From a virus, in the IMG/VR virus record IMGVR_UViG_3300045988_105290: a stretch of 64,000 nt of DNA; one strand, given 5' to 3'. This document shows positions 46,374 to 55,588 of this stretch, piece after piece (within the stretch, counting starts at the first letter, position 1; each line of letters opens with the position of its first letter). The position numbers were made by a program, and so were the translations under genes. The notes beneath the pieces were generated by a model. The model worked only from the letters and a program-made list of their open reading frames with translations, was not told the DNA's origin and did not search any database.

Positions 46374-48455
46374 ATGGCAATCTATCAGCCGACGAATATT
46401 TCCCCTTCGCTGTGGGGTGAGCTGGGCAACGGCGTGGTGGATGCGACGAAGGCGCTGACGGTGACGTGGCAGGTGAACGGAACGAGCGCGCTGACGGCGT
46501 TTTCCATCACGATCTATCGAAACGATGCGGCGAGCACGCAGCTCTATACAACCGGAAAGCTTGCAGACGGGTGCCCGTTTTACGGAACGAATTATGCGGG
46601 AGAAACGCAGCTTTTCAGTTATACGATCGCCGCGAGCGCTCTTTCCGGTGCTGGCATCACGAACGGCGGAAACTACAAGCTCGTCATTACGCAGTATTGG
46701 AGCAGCAGCGCCAGCGTGACGCAAACGAGTGCGAGCGCGTTTATTACACGCGCCGATCCGACGCTGTCAATCAAAGGAATCCCGGCCCCGCTCACTGCGA
46801 AGGAATATAACTTTACAGGAACGTATGTGCAAGAGCAAGGTGACACACTGAACTGGGTGAGATGGCAGCTGTGCGCCCAGGGAAGCGAAGATGACCCGCT
46901 GTATGACACGGAGCGCATTTATGGGACAGGAGAGCTGCAATTCAAATATGACGGACTTTTCAGCGGCACGACCTACGGAGTCCGGCTGCAGGCGCAGACG
47001 GAGAACGGCGTGCAGGCCGATACCGGGTGGGTCTATTTTGCGGTGAGCTATGCCACGGCGTCTTCAACGGCGGCGGTGCAGGTGTGCTGCACCAGAAGCG
47101 TGAGCGGTATTTATATCACGTGGCCGCGTCTTGCAAGCATCATGGGAAGCGCGGACGGAGATTATGAAATCAGCAGCGGGAGGCTGACGCTTCCAGCTGG
47201 GAGCGCGATCACGTGGAACAGCGTCACGGGTCAAGCAATGCGCTTTGCACCGCCGTGGATGATCGCATGGAAGGGAAAAATCGCGCAAGCTGCAACGCTG
47301 TTTACAGCGGAAACGGATAACGGCAATATTACGGTGCGTGCGGCAAAGGATTCGTTGACGCTTATGCTTGACGATACAGTGCTTTATGAGAGCACGGAGA
47401 CGCTGAATTACGGAGCGGAGCTTCTTGTGGCGCTGACACCAGGCACGCTCTATTGTTGGCAAATGAATCTGTCAGGTGGTCTGTATCCGCAAAAAGGGTT
47501 ATATCCACACAAAGAGCTTTACCCGCTCAGATCGACGGTAGAACAGGTGACGCAGTGGTCCGCCGATATCTTAATTGGAAATACAGATATTACAGGGTTG
47601 AAACTCGAGGGAGCACAGGTGACGGACTATCTGTGGGTAAGCGCGCAGAGCCTGACTGCACAGCAGATGGATGAATTGTTTGGCAGCGGAACGTTCACGC
47701 CGAGTTTCGATGAAAATACATTGATGCTGGCAAACTTCGAGGACGGGCTGCAAGCAGGAAACCTCAGCGGCGTATTTGGCAGTGGGTTGAAAGGATTTTC
47801 CATTTACAGATACGAAACGGGTGCGCAGACGCTCAAACGCATCGCGGATGTGACGCTGGACAAACTGGCTATCGTGGACTGCGGGGCAAAATCGCAAGTC
47901 CCGGTTAGGTATTACATGTTTGGCATCGGGGCGGAAACCTATACGACTGCGCCGATCATCAGCGAAGAGATCACGCCGGTATTCTGGGACTGGACGGTGC
48001 TCGAGTGCGCGGCGGACAACGAGGGGACTTACCGCCCAAGCGAAATTTTCCGCTTTGGAAAGAACCTGACGAGCGGCGCCATCGGGAACAACAACCAGCC
48101 GGGAGTGCTGCAAAACTTCACGCCGTACCCGACGGTGCAGCCGTCGCCTGCGAACTACAGGAGCGGGACGCTGACGAGTCTGATCGGCAGCATCGACCGC
48201 GAGGGCAATTACAGCGACACGACGGAGCTGCGCGACCGCATTTATGCGCTGAGCGTAACACAGCGGGCGCTATTCCTGAAAAACAGGAAGGGCGATATCT
48301 GGCAGATCCGCACGAGCGATGCGGTAAGTATGAGCACGGCAGACGGGACGAGAGAGCAGGCACAGGTCGCATCGCTGCCGTGGGTAGAAACGGCGGATGC
48401 GGAGTCGGCGCGCATCATTTTACTGCCGGGAGATGCGCTGATGCCGACGGTGTGA
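46374..48455 (+). CDS. Distal tail protein-like
   Basis: 693 aa, directly after the tape measure gene. Confidence 0.65.
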   Translation: MAIYQPTNISPSLWGELGNGVVDATKALTVTWQVNGTSALTAFSITIYRNDAASTQLYTTGKLADGCPFYGTNYAGETQLFSYTIAASALSGAGITNGGNYKLVITQYWSSSASVTQTSASAFITRADPTLSIKGIPAPLTAKEYNFTGTYVQEQGDTLNWVRWQLCAQGSEDDPLYDTERIYGTGELQFKYDGLFSGTTYGVRLQAQTENGVQADTGWVYFAVSYATASSTAAVQVCCTRSVSGIYITWPRLASIMGSADGDYEISSGRLTLPAGSAITWNSVTGQAMRFAPPWMIAWKGKIAQAATLFTAETDNGNITVRAAKDSLTLMLDDTVLYESTETLNYGAELLVALTPGTLYCWQMNLSGGLYPQKGLYPHKELYPLRSTVEQVTQWSADILIGNTDITGLKLEGAQVTDYLWVSAQSLTAQQMDELFGSGTFTPSFDENTLMLANFEDGLQAGNLSGVFGSGLKGFSIYRYETGAQTLKRIADVTLDKLAIVDCGAKSQVPVRYYMFGIGAETYTTAPIISEEITPVFWDWTVLECAADNEGTYRPSEIFRFGKNLTSGAIGNNNQPGVLQNFTPYPTVQPSPANYRSGTLTSLIGSIDREGNYSDTTELRDRIYALSVTQRALFLKNRKGDIWQIRTSDAVSMSTADGTREQAQVASLPWVETADAESARIILLPGDALMPTV

Positions 48456-48473
48456 CAGGGGGTGAAAAGGAAA

Positions 48474-49748
48474 ATGCCTACACAGCTAACAACGCACGCA
48501 GAACGACTGAACGACTACATGAAGATGCTGCGGAAGCCTTACATCAAGCTTGCCCGGCTGCGATTTTTGCAGCCGGACGGCTCGACGGCATTCGCCATCG
48601 ACAATAACCCCCTGGGGTGCAGGAGCGGGGCGTTCCTGCAAGAGGGGAGCATCACGGTAAACCTACAGAACGGGCGGCGCAGGTCGGCAGACGTGACGCT
48701 CTCCAATCTGGACCATGCCTTTGATTACAATGTCAACGGCGTGTGGTTCGGGACGCAAATCGCGCTGGATGAGGGACTGATCCTATCGGACGGGTCAGAG
48801 TATTACATACAGCAGGGCGTTTTTCTGATCGAAACGCCGGATGAAGAGCTGATGCCGAAGAGCCGGACAGCGCACTACAACCTTGTGGACAAGTGGGCGA
48901 ATCTGGACGGGACGCTTTTCGGGAATTTGGAAAGCATCTATGAGGTGAAGGCGGGAACGAACATCTACGCGCCGATCTCGGCGCTGCTGAAGCTTGACCG
49001 CGGGAACGGATACCAGATCGACCCCGTGCTGCCTGTATTCACCGAATACTACAACGGCAAAACGCAGGCGCTGCCGGGCGGCGGCACGGCGCTGCTGACG
49101 AACGCGCCCTACACGCTGCGCATCGACAGCGAGAGCGGGACAATGGCAGACGTGGCGCTGGGCTGCGCGGGGATGGTGAACGCATGGATCGGATACGATC
49201 AGGCCGGGGCGCTGCGGCTTGACCCATCGCAGGACGATATTGTGGACACGAGCAAGCCGGTGCAGTGGCAATTCTCACAGGAGGAAGTCCAGTTCCTCGG
49301 CGCGACCTACACGGTGAAGAACACCGAGGTCTACAACGATTACATCATCATTGGGGAGGCGCTGGACAGCGGCACGCAGATCGCGGGGCGGGCGACAAAC
49401 ATGGACCCGCAGAGCGACACGAATATTTACTCGAGCATCGGGAGAAAGACCAAGCGAGAGAGCGCGAGCGGATACTACACCGTGCAGCAATGCCAAGACC
49501 TCGCAGCATGGAAGCTCAAGCGCGCGACGGTTCTGCAAAAAAGCGTGAGCATCCAGTGCAGCCAGATGTTCCACCTGAACGAGAACGAGCTGGTGGAGAT
49601 CGTGCGGAGCGACAAGCTGGGGTCGCCGGTGGAGCGGCACCTTATCATGGGATTTACCCGACCGCTGGGTGCAACAGGTCAGATGACCATCAACGCAGTG
49701 AGCACAAACGACTTTCCAATCGCCACGCTGACCAAGTGGCCGGCATGA
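48474..49748 (+). CDS. Tail-associated (baseplate hub / Tal-like) protein
   Basis: 424 aa from the ATG after AAAGGAAA. Confidence 0.65.
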   Translation: MPTQLTTHAERLNDYMKMLRKPYIKLARLRFLQPDGSTAFAIDNNPLGCRSGAFLQEGSITVNLQNGRRRSADVTLSNLDHAFDYNVNGVWFGTQIALDEGLILSDGSEYYIQQGVFLIETPDEELMPKSRTAHYNLVDKWANLDGTLFGNLESIYEVKAGTNIYAPISALLKLDRGNGYQIDPVLPVFTEYYNGKTQALPGGGTALLTNAPYTLRIDSESGTMADVALGCAGMVNAWIGYDQAGALRLDPSQDDIVDTSKPVQWQFSQEEVQFLGATYTVKNTEVYNDYIIIGEALDSGTQIAGRATNMDPQSDTNIYSSIGRKTKRESASGYYTVQQCQDLAAWKLKRATVLQKSVSIQCSQMFHLNENELVEIVRSDKLGSPVERHLIMGFTRPLGATGQMTINAVSTNDFPIATLTKWPA

Positions 49749-49766
49749 AAAAAGGAGGAATGAACA

Positions 49767-50126
49767 ATGCCTATTGTGGACGGAAAGTACAAGAATCCGG
49801 GATGGCAGAACGGCAGCGCGCCGGATATCGACGCCGCCGAATTGAACGCCATGAGCAATACGCTGGAAAAGGCGGACAGCACGCGCTACGACAACGTGAC
49901 GATGTTGGCTTCCGGGTGGAGAAGCAAAGCATACAGTTTTGAGACGACATATCCAAGCGACAGTTACAACATCACAATCAGCGTGGCGGCAAGTGCAACG
50001 TCTGCGCAGTATGATGCTTTTACCAACGCAAAAATATGCGGGAATGCAACGAGCAACGTCGTGACGGCGCTGGGGACAGTACCGACAGTCAATATTCCAC
50101 TAATCGTAAAGGCGGTGAAGAAATGA
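49767..50126 (+). CDS. Small fibre-like protein
   Basis: 119 aa; GWQNGSAPDIDAAELNAMSN motif. Confidence 0.55.
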   Translation: MPIVDGKYKNPGWQNGSAPDIDAAELNAMSNTLEKADSTRYDNVTMLASGWRSKAYSFETTYPSDSYNITISVAASATSAQYDAFTNAKICGNATSNVVTALGTVPTVNIPLIVKAVKK

Positions 50127-50629
50127 GCGTTGAAGTTTATGGCGGGGGGGGGGCTATAAAACTGCAAGAGCGCAGTGTGTATCCGGCGAAAACAACGCAG
50201 ATCCTTACGCCAGGCACAGGATATGACGGCATGTCCAAAGTGACGGTCTACCCGTACAACGCGACGACCGAGAAACTTGTGGGCGCGACGACCGCAGGGA
50301 GCTACCTGACTTTTGAGACCACCAATGTTAATAGTCAGTTCTTTTCGATTTTCGGCTCGGTTCCAATTGCCTCACAGCCGACGGACGGCAGCGTCGTGGC
50401 GTTTTTCTTGTTTTTCCCAGAGACGACAGACTGGAGCCAGGTGCCCACGCTCTGCCCCTATGGGTTTTTCCTCAAGCGCTCGAGCAGCGGCTTCTCGCCA
50501 TCCACAATGACGGCTCTCAAGTGGTCGATCGGCTCCACAGGCGGAAACGGCGTCGGGATCGGTCCTAACAATACCGCATTGTTCGCACCGAGCATCTCTA
50601 ACTGGGACATCATCGTATCTTACAAATAA
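50123..50629 (+). CDS. Tail-tip accessory protein carrying a G10 tract in codons 7-10
   Basis: 168 aa, ATGA overlap with the upstream gene; starts MSVEVYGGGGAIK... Confidence 0.55.
   Translation: MSVEVYGGGGAIKLQERSVYPAKTTQILTPGTGYDGMSKVTVYPYNATTEKLVGATTAGSYLTFETTNVNSQFFSIFGSVPIASQPTDGSVVAFFLFFPETTDWSQVPTLCPYGFFLKRSSSGFSPSTMTALKWSIGSTGGNGVGIGPNNTALFAPSISNWDIIVSYK
50144..50153 (+). repeat. Coding poly-G tract (G10)
   Basis: Read directly; in frame as assembled. Confidence 0.9.
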
Positions 50630-50650
50630 TTTGAACGGAGGGAATTTAAG

Positions 50651-50854
50651 ATGAAAGAAATTTTGACGAAGAGAGTGGCGAACCTGCTGAGCGTGAAGTC
50701 GCTCGTCACCATCGCGCTGACGGTGACATTCTGCATCCTGACGGTACAGGCAAAGGTGACACAGGAATTCAACACCGTATATCTCATGGTGATCGCGTTC
50801 TATTTCGGAACGCAGAACGCCGCAGGCAGTGCGAAGGGCGACGACAATGGTTAA
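50651..50854 (+). CDS. Holin
   Basis: 67 aa, two hydrophobic segments, polar tail; immediately upstream of the endolysin gene. Confidence 0.7.
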   Translation: MKEILTKRVANLLSVKSLVTIALTVTFCILTVQAKVTQEFNTVYLMVIAFYFGTQNAAGSAKGDDNG

Positions 50855-51503
50855 CTCGAACAAGATCAGCGACCTGCGGGAAGATATCGCACAGAACGCG
50901 ATGATATTTGTTGCGTTGTGCAGAGAGGAAGGGCTGAACGTAAAGATCACGCAGACGATGCGCGACGATGCCTACCAGAAGACGCTCTACCAGAAAGGCT
51001 ACGCCAAAACGCCGTATACAACGTTCCACGGGAAGGGGCTTGCGTTCGACATCTGCAAGAACGTGCGCGGGCACGAATACGACGATCTCGCTTTCTTTGC
51101 CCAGTGCGCGAAGATTGGCAAGCGGATGGGCTTTACATGGGGCGGAGACTGGAAGAGTTTTCCCGACAGGCCGCACTTTCAGTGGGACGAGCACAAAAAA
51201 TACAGCGGAACGATGGTGCGCGCGGGCAAGCTGCCGCCCACGATGCCGCGATACGAGGAGGATGACGAGATGGACATTCAAAAGTTCAAGGAGCTGATGC
51301 GCGAATACCGCACGGAGCTGCAAGACAACGACAGCTCCAAGTGGAGCAAGGAAGCACGCGAATGGGCTGTAAAAAACGGCATTATCACGGGCGGCACGCC
51401 GCTGCCCGACGGGCAGCCCAACTACATGTGGGAAGACCTGCTGACGCGCGAGCAGATGGCGACGCTGCTGTATCGCTTTGCCAAGCTGATGGGAAAGGCG
51501 TAA
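50847..51503 (+). CDS. Endolysin, M15-family peptidase with C-terminal wall-binding region
   Basis: 218 aa; FHGKGLAFDI and FTWGGDWKSFPDRPHFQW motifs. Confidence 0.85.
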   Translation: MVNSNKISDLREDIAQNAMIFVALCREEGLNVKITQTMRDDAYQKTLYQKGYAKTPYTTFHGKGLAFDICKNVRGHEYDDLAFFAQCAKIGKRMGFTWGGDWKSFPDRPHFQWDEHKKYSGTMVRAGKLPPTMPRYEEDDEMDIQKFKELMREYRTELQDNDSSKWSKEAREWAVKNGIITGGTPLPDGQPNYMWEDLLTREQMATLLYRFAKLMGKA

Positions 51504-51506
51504 GCC

Positions 51507-51881
51507 ATGCAGGGCGATATGAGAGGCAAAAGAAGAAACCACCGCAAAAGCCGCTCAGACGCGCTGAGAGCGCATTTAAAATCGCTCGGGTTTACCAATA
51601 GGCTCGCCCTCTATCTCGTCGCACTGCTCACCGCAGGGCTTGCAGGAGGGTTCCTGCTCGCCAAGTGGAGCATCGAGGCGAGATATACGGGGGCGCTGGC
51701 ATGCTACACGGTGGTTTTTACGCCGATCGGAACGGCGCTGGGCGCGGTGCTGGGGCGCGTGGTGAAAAAGAACATGGAGGAAAACACCGGCGCAGACGGC
51801 GAGGGCATTGTATATGCCGCCGCCAAAGCCTGCGGATTTTCCGAAGCGGATGACATCAGCGAGAACAGCCCGCCAATTTAA
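51507..51881 (+). CDS. Membrane protein (lysis accessory or exclusion function unknown)
   Basis: 124 aa. Basic N-terminus and two or three TM segments. Confidence 0.5.
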   Translation: MQGDMRGKRRNHRKSRSDALRAHLKSLGFTNRLALYLVALLTAGLAGGFLLAKWSIEARYTGALACYTVVFTPIGTALGAVLGRVVKKNMEENTGADGEGIVYAAAKACGFSEADDISENSPPI

Positions 51882-51897
51882 GCAAGATTTTAAACAA

Positions 51898-51936
51898 GAA
51901 ACGCACGGAAGGCTATCCTCCGTGCGTTTCGTTTTT
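51898..51936 (+). terminator. Rho-independent terminator closing the late operon
   Basis: GAAACGCACGGA / TCCGTGCGTTTC followed by GTTTTTATTTTT. Confidence 0.8.
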
Positions 51937-51943
51937 ATTTTTA

Positions 51944-52948
51944 TCAATTTGCGGCGGCGAGGCGGTCAAGATTGCGCTGCGCCTGATAGTCGCGCTCGGC
52001 GATGACTCTTTGGGCGCTGCCGCGTCCGGCGCGCGCCATGAGCTTGCCTGAATAAATCTGCGTGGTCTGCGGGTTTGCGTGCCCAAGCTTTGCTTGCAGG
52101 GCGTAATGGTCCATGCCGGAGTTCAGGTCGATGCGAGCGCCAACATGGCGCAGATCATGCGAGCGGATATTGTGAACGCCGGTGACGGCAAAGACGTGCC
52201 GCTCGACCACGCCGGAAAGCCACTGCTGCGTGCCGACCCTCCACGCGCCGGAACGCATGGTGCCGAAAAGGGGAGCGGATGCGGGTACATCCTGCGGGCG
52301 GATGCCCGAGGCAAGATAAGCGCGGACGGCGGTCTGCGCGATGAGGGGGAAATCAACCGTGCGGAATTTGTCGCCCTTGCCGTGGTCGACGGTGATCTGC
52401 TCGGACTGAAAATCGAGGTCGGCAAGCGAGAGGGTGCGAAGCTCGGAATTGCGCAGCTCGGTAGAGAGGAGCAAAACGACAATGGCGTAATTGCGCGGCC
52501 AGTTCTCCGGGTGCGTGGTGACGACGGGGGAGTTGCGCCATAGGTGCATGACCTGCTCATCGGTGAGAAGGAGATCGTAGGGGCGCGCGTCGATCTTCCG
52601 CATGGCGGGGAAGAGCATGAGGGAGACTGGATTTGACGAATAAAACTGCTCGCCGCCAAGGTCGGGAGAGCTGGCAAAGGTAAAGAACGCGCGCAGGACG
52701 ACCAGATGCTGATGCACTGTGCGGGCGGCACAGCCGCGGTCTAACAGCGCGTCCCGATACGCCTGAATGGTGGTAAAGGTCGGGTCATCACGAAAGAGAT
52801 CGGAGGACACAAAAAAATCATAGAACGAGGTAATGATATGGGAGTAGTCGGTCAGCGTTTTTGGCGCGATGCCGGTGGACTGGCAGTTGCGCAGCCAGAG
52901 GTCGGAACTCTTGAGAAAACGCCGCTCGGCGGCAGAGGTAACAGGCAT
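51944..52948 (-). CDS. Second tyrosine recombinase (XerC/D-like)
   Basis: 334 aa. SAM-like N-terminal domain; RSHDLRHVGA...LGHANPQTTQIYSG catalytic region. Confidence 0.85.
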   Translation of the reverse strand: MPVTSAAERRFLKSSDLWLRNCQSTGIAPKTLTDYSHIITSFYDFFVSSDLFRDDPTFTTIQAYRDALLDRGCAARTVHQHLVVLRAFFTFASSPDLGGEQFYSSNPVSLMLFPAMRKIDARPYDLLLTDEQVMHLWRNSPVVTTHPENWPRNYAIVVLLLSTELRNSELRTLSLADLDFQSEQITVDHGKGDKFRTVDFPLIAQTAVRAYLASGIRPQDVPASAPLFGTMRSGAWRVGTQQWLSGVVERHVFAVTGVHNIRSHDLRHVGARIDLNSGMDHYALQAKLGHANPQTTQIYSGKLMARAGRGSAQRVIAERDYQAQRNLDRLAAAN

Positions 52949-52995
52949 GGTCGGCTCCTTTCAAGCGGTGGGGACGGGCTGGATTGGCCGGGGCG

Positions 52996-53211
52996 TTATG
53001 CCCCAGCCTTGACAAAATCCTGTTTCAGTACCAGCTCAACGCCACATTCGGAAACATGAATGTAATCGACGACAAAATCACCATACGCGGCCATTGCCAA
53101 AGGGTCGAGCGTATTCAGCTCGCTTGCAGCGCCGCCGCTGGCGAGGTAAACCTTTTCGGCAACGCCGCCGCCAAACTCGATGCTATTTGCAAGACTTTTC
53201 ACTGTAAACAT
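52996..53211 (-). CDS. Hypothetical 71-aa protein co-transcribed with the recombinase
   Basis: TAAGGAGAAAATACT-ATG RBS. Confidence 0.55.
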   Translation of the reverse strand: MFTVKSLANSIEFGGGVAEKVYLASGGAASELNTLDPLAMAAYGDFVVDYIHVSECGVELVLKQDFVKAGA

Positions 53212-53237
53212 AGTATTTTCTCCTTATAAGCTTAAAT

Positions 53238-54041
53238 TCAGTTTTCTGCGCCTGACGTGCGGGCGGGAAGATCGCGGCGGCGTGCGGCAGCATATCGGTT
53301 CAGGAAATATTTTTGTCCCTTTGGTGTTACTTTGCTGACACGATCAATCACCGCTCCATCTTTGGAGATACGAGGTGATTCTTTTATGAAGAACAGGCCG
53401 AGATCCATAGCTCGCTGAGTCGGCATATTCTTGTCGCTGCCCTCTTTGATGAGATACCCATCGGAACGAAGCTGCTCATAGAGCCGCTTTTCCCCAGTGT
53501 CCACGCCGTTTTGCTTGAGGATCTTCGCAAGGTCGCGGACGAGAATGTTCGTGTCGCAGCTCGTGATGGCATTGGCGAAGCGGACGGCGGGCGCGTCGGC
53601 CTTTACCTTTTCCTCAAGAGCCTTTCGGCGCTCCTGCTCGGATTTCAGCTCGGTCAACAGACGGATGCCAAACTCCGGGGAGGAAATCATCTGGTCGAGC
53701 GTGTCAGGCGTCATGTAGGCGCCATTGCGCCGGATAGTGGGGATCACATCATCCGCGATTTTTGCCTGAAATGCTTCAGCTGCTTCGTTCTTCGCTTTCA
53801 TGGCAAGGCGGTAGAAGATGTTTTCGGGGATAAATTCAGGCAAATCGCCATCGCAACTTGTTGCGATGCCCAGCTCTGCAAGGTATTTCTTTACTGTGCG
53901 CCATCTTACGCACTCATTTCCGCTTGCCGCAATTTCGGTGAAGCCGAGTCCCCGCGCCACGGTTTCCAGCCTGAGATAGACCGTGCCGTTGCGCTCGTAG
54001 CAGTCGATGCCATTAATGTTGAAAACTTGCAATTCGTTCAT
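53238..54041 (-). CDS. Antirepressor (Bro-N plus KilAC), paralog of 13545-14318
   Basis: 267 aa; MNELQVFNINGIDCYERNG... and ...ILVRDLAKILKQNGVDTGEKRLYEQLRSDGYL. Confidence 0.85.
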   Translation of the reverse strand: MNELQVFNINGIDCYERNGTVYLRLETVARGLGFTEIAASGNECVRWRTVKKYLAELGIATSCDGDLPEFIPENIFYRLAMKAKNEAAEAFQAKIADDVIPTIRRNGAYMTPDTLDQMISSPEFGIRLLTELKSEQERRKALEEKVKADAPAVRFANAITSCDTNILVRDLAKILKQNGVDTGEKRLYEQLRSDGYLIKEGSDKNMPTQRAMDLGLFFIKESPRISKDGAVIDRVSKVTPKGQKYFLNRYAAARRRDLPARTSGAEN

Positions 54042-54065
54042 CTATACAATTCCTCCATAACAGGC

Positions 54066-54094
54066 TTGACCTTTGGAGGCGGGTGCATTAGAAT
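54066..54094 (+). promoter_or_regulatory. Near-consensus sigma70-type promoter, antisense to the operon
   Basis: TTGACC - 17 nt - TAGAAT, inside the RHH-antirepressor intercistronic gap. Confidence 0.6.
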
Positions 54095-54100
54095 ATTTAC

Positions 54101-54174
54101 ACCGCTCCCAAAGGGGGCGACCAACTCCTTCACCGTTCTGTTTGCGAGACTAGCGGCGGGGGAGTTGCCTTTTT
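54101..54174 (+). ncRNA. Predicted antisense small RNA 1 (about 74 nt)
   Basis: Starts about 7 nt after the -10 box. 5' hairpin CGCTCCC-AAA-GGGGGCG; terminal stem CAACTCC/GGAGTTG plus T5 overlapping the RHH stop codon; no ORF. Confidence 0.45.
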
Positions 54175-54346
54175 ACTTTTTCAGCCCATTGTAGATGGCC
54201 TTAATTCCATCACGGATGATTTCAGCCTTCGTTTTGCCGGTAACCTCCGAGCAATAATTAAGTCTGTCAACATCCTCTTGCGAGAGTCGGACTCGGGTAT
54301 TTAAGGTCTTAGGGTCATCGGTGGGCCTGCCGATCTGTGGAGACAT
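54173..54346 (-). CDS. Arc/CopG-like ribbon-helix-helix protein (RHH-1)
   Basis: 57 aa; TRVRLSQEDVDRLNYCSEVTGKTKAEIIRDGI. Confidence 0.7.
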   Translation of the reverse strand: MSPQIGRPTDDPKTLNTRVRLSQEDVDRLNYCSEVTGKTKAEIIRDGIKAIYNGLKK

Positions 54347-54428
54347 AAATGCACCTACCTTTCGTATCCACAAAAATAATATATCATTTGTGGATACACA
54401 AGTCAAGAGTTTTTTATATGCTTCTGAT

Positions 54429-55241
54429 TCAGTCGATGCGCGCTGCGTTCAGCTCGGTGATGCGGCAGCGCAGGATGCTTTCAAAGATGGCGCGCAGTTT
54501 CCGATCCTGAGAAACGATGGTGAGTTTGTTGACAGCTCTGCGCTGCGTGGCCGTGGCTCCAGATGCCGCCATTCTGTTTTGCAGGCGGGTAAGACGCTGC
54601 TGGAGGTCTGCGCCCGCGGCGCGCTCCAGTTCCTCGTAAATGTCGTGGCGGAATTTCTGGTGATTGAGTCCGAAATGCTGCACAATGGCGTTGATCGCGC
54701 GGTTGGCGGATTCCTGCCAGTTGTCTCCCGATGCAAGCGGGGCAGACCACGCGGCGGCGAGGTTGTCCATGCGCTTTTCGTGCTGCTCGAAGCGCCCGGA
54801 AAGCTCGTCCATACGGCGCTCCTGCTCCTGCTGGCGCATCTCGATACCGATAAGTGCCTGAAGCTGGGGAGAGAGGGACGCAAACTGAGAGTTGGTCGCC
54901 TTGGCTCGGAAATATCCGTTGATAAGTTCGCGCTGGACTTTCCACGCGAGATCGTCGGTAAAGGATTTTACCAGCATAAGATAGCCGGATTCTGTGATGA
55001 GGGTGATGTCGTTCTGCTGGCGGGCATCCATCTCTCCGATCGCCGTCCGAAATTCGGACGGCGTTATTTTGAAGTAATCTTCACCCTCGATAAAGTGTTC
55101 ACGGTTATCGTTGAACCGCTTGCGGGCAGTCCCGTCCGGTCTGCCATGCACGGCGTCGATATCCTTGAAGGTGACGACGCGCTGACCGGAGAATTCCTTG
55201 ACGAGAACCTGCGTGTTGTTAATGATAGTCAATTCGTTCAT
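54429..55241 (-). CDS. ORF6N/KilA-N-type antirepressor-like protein
   Basis: 270 aa from the ATG after AAGGAGC; QRVVTFKDIDAVHGRPDGTARKRFNDNREHFIEGEDYF. Confidence 0.8.
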   Translation of the reverse strand: MNELTIINNTQVLVKEFSGQRVVTFKDIDAVHGRPDGTARKRFNDNREHFIEGEDYFKITPSEFRTAIGEMDARQQNDITLITESGYLMLVKSFTDDLAWKVQRELINGYFRAKATNSQFASLSPQLQALIGIEMRQQEQERRMDELSGRFEQHEKRMDNLAAAWSAPLASGDNWQESANRAINAIVQHFGLNHQKFRHDIYEELERAAGADLQQRLTRLQNRMAASGATATQRRAVNKLTIVSQDRKLRAIFESILRCRITELNAARID

Positions 55242-55337
55242 TTGAAAAGCTCCTTTTCTTGTAGATACTTCTATTATATAGACCGCATCCAAGTTGATTT
55301 TTGCCGTCATCGTGGGATAAAAATACCCCAAAATGGC

Positions 55338-55367
55338 TTGACACACGCGGAGCTTTTCGCCTATAAT
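55338..55367 (+). promoter_or_regulatory. Consensus sigma70-type promoter, antisense to the operon
   Basis: TTGACA - 18 nt - TATAAT. Confidence 0.65.
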
Positions 55368-55373
55368 GATTTA

Positions 55374-55446
55374 GACAAAGCCCTCGCGGTTTTGGTCGCA
55401 TAGATGCTCACTCCGTCCGGCAAGATGATAGTGGGCATCTATTTTT
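55374..55446 (+). ncRNA. Predicted antisense small RNA 2 (about 72 nt)
   Basis: 13-bp terminal stem ATAGATGCTCACT / AGTGGGCATCTAT followed by TTTT, overlapping the RHH-2 stop codon; no ORF. Confidence 0.5.
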
Positions 55447-55588
55447 ACTTCAGCTGATTTTCAAGATATTCCGAGCAGGCAATGCGGACGACGGCGGCAA
55501 GGGATATGTTTTTCCGGTCAGCTTCCGCCTTTAAGCGTTCGTACAGCTCGGGGGGTATCATGATATTCAGTGCTTTGCTGTTTTTCAT
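55445..55588 (-). CDS. Arc/CopG-like ribbon-helix-helix protein (RHH-2)
   Basis: 47 aa, MKNSKALNIMIPPELYERLKAEADRKNISLAAVVRIACSEYLENQLK, AAGGAGG RBS. Below the ORF-track cutoff. Confidence 0.7.
   Translation of the reverse strand: MKNSKALNIMIPPELYERLKAEADRKNISLAAVVRIACSEYLENQLK

Noticed and set aside
44826-46724. 632-aa minus-strand ORF antisense to the tape measure gene
   Set aside because: Same GC-rich antisense artefact; the plus-strand 1205-aa coiled-coil ORF explains the region.
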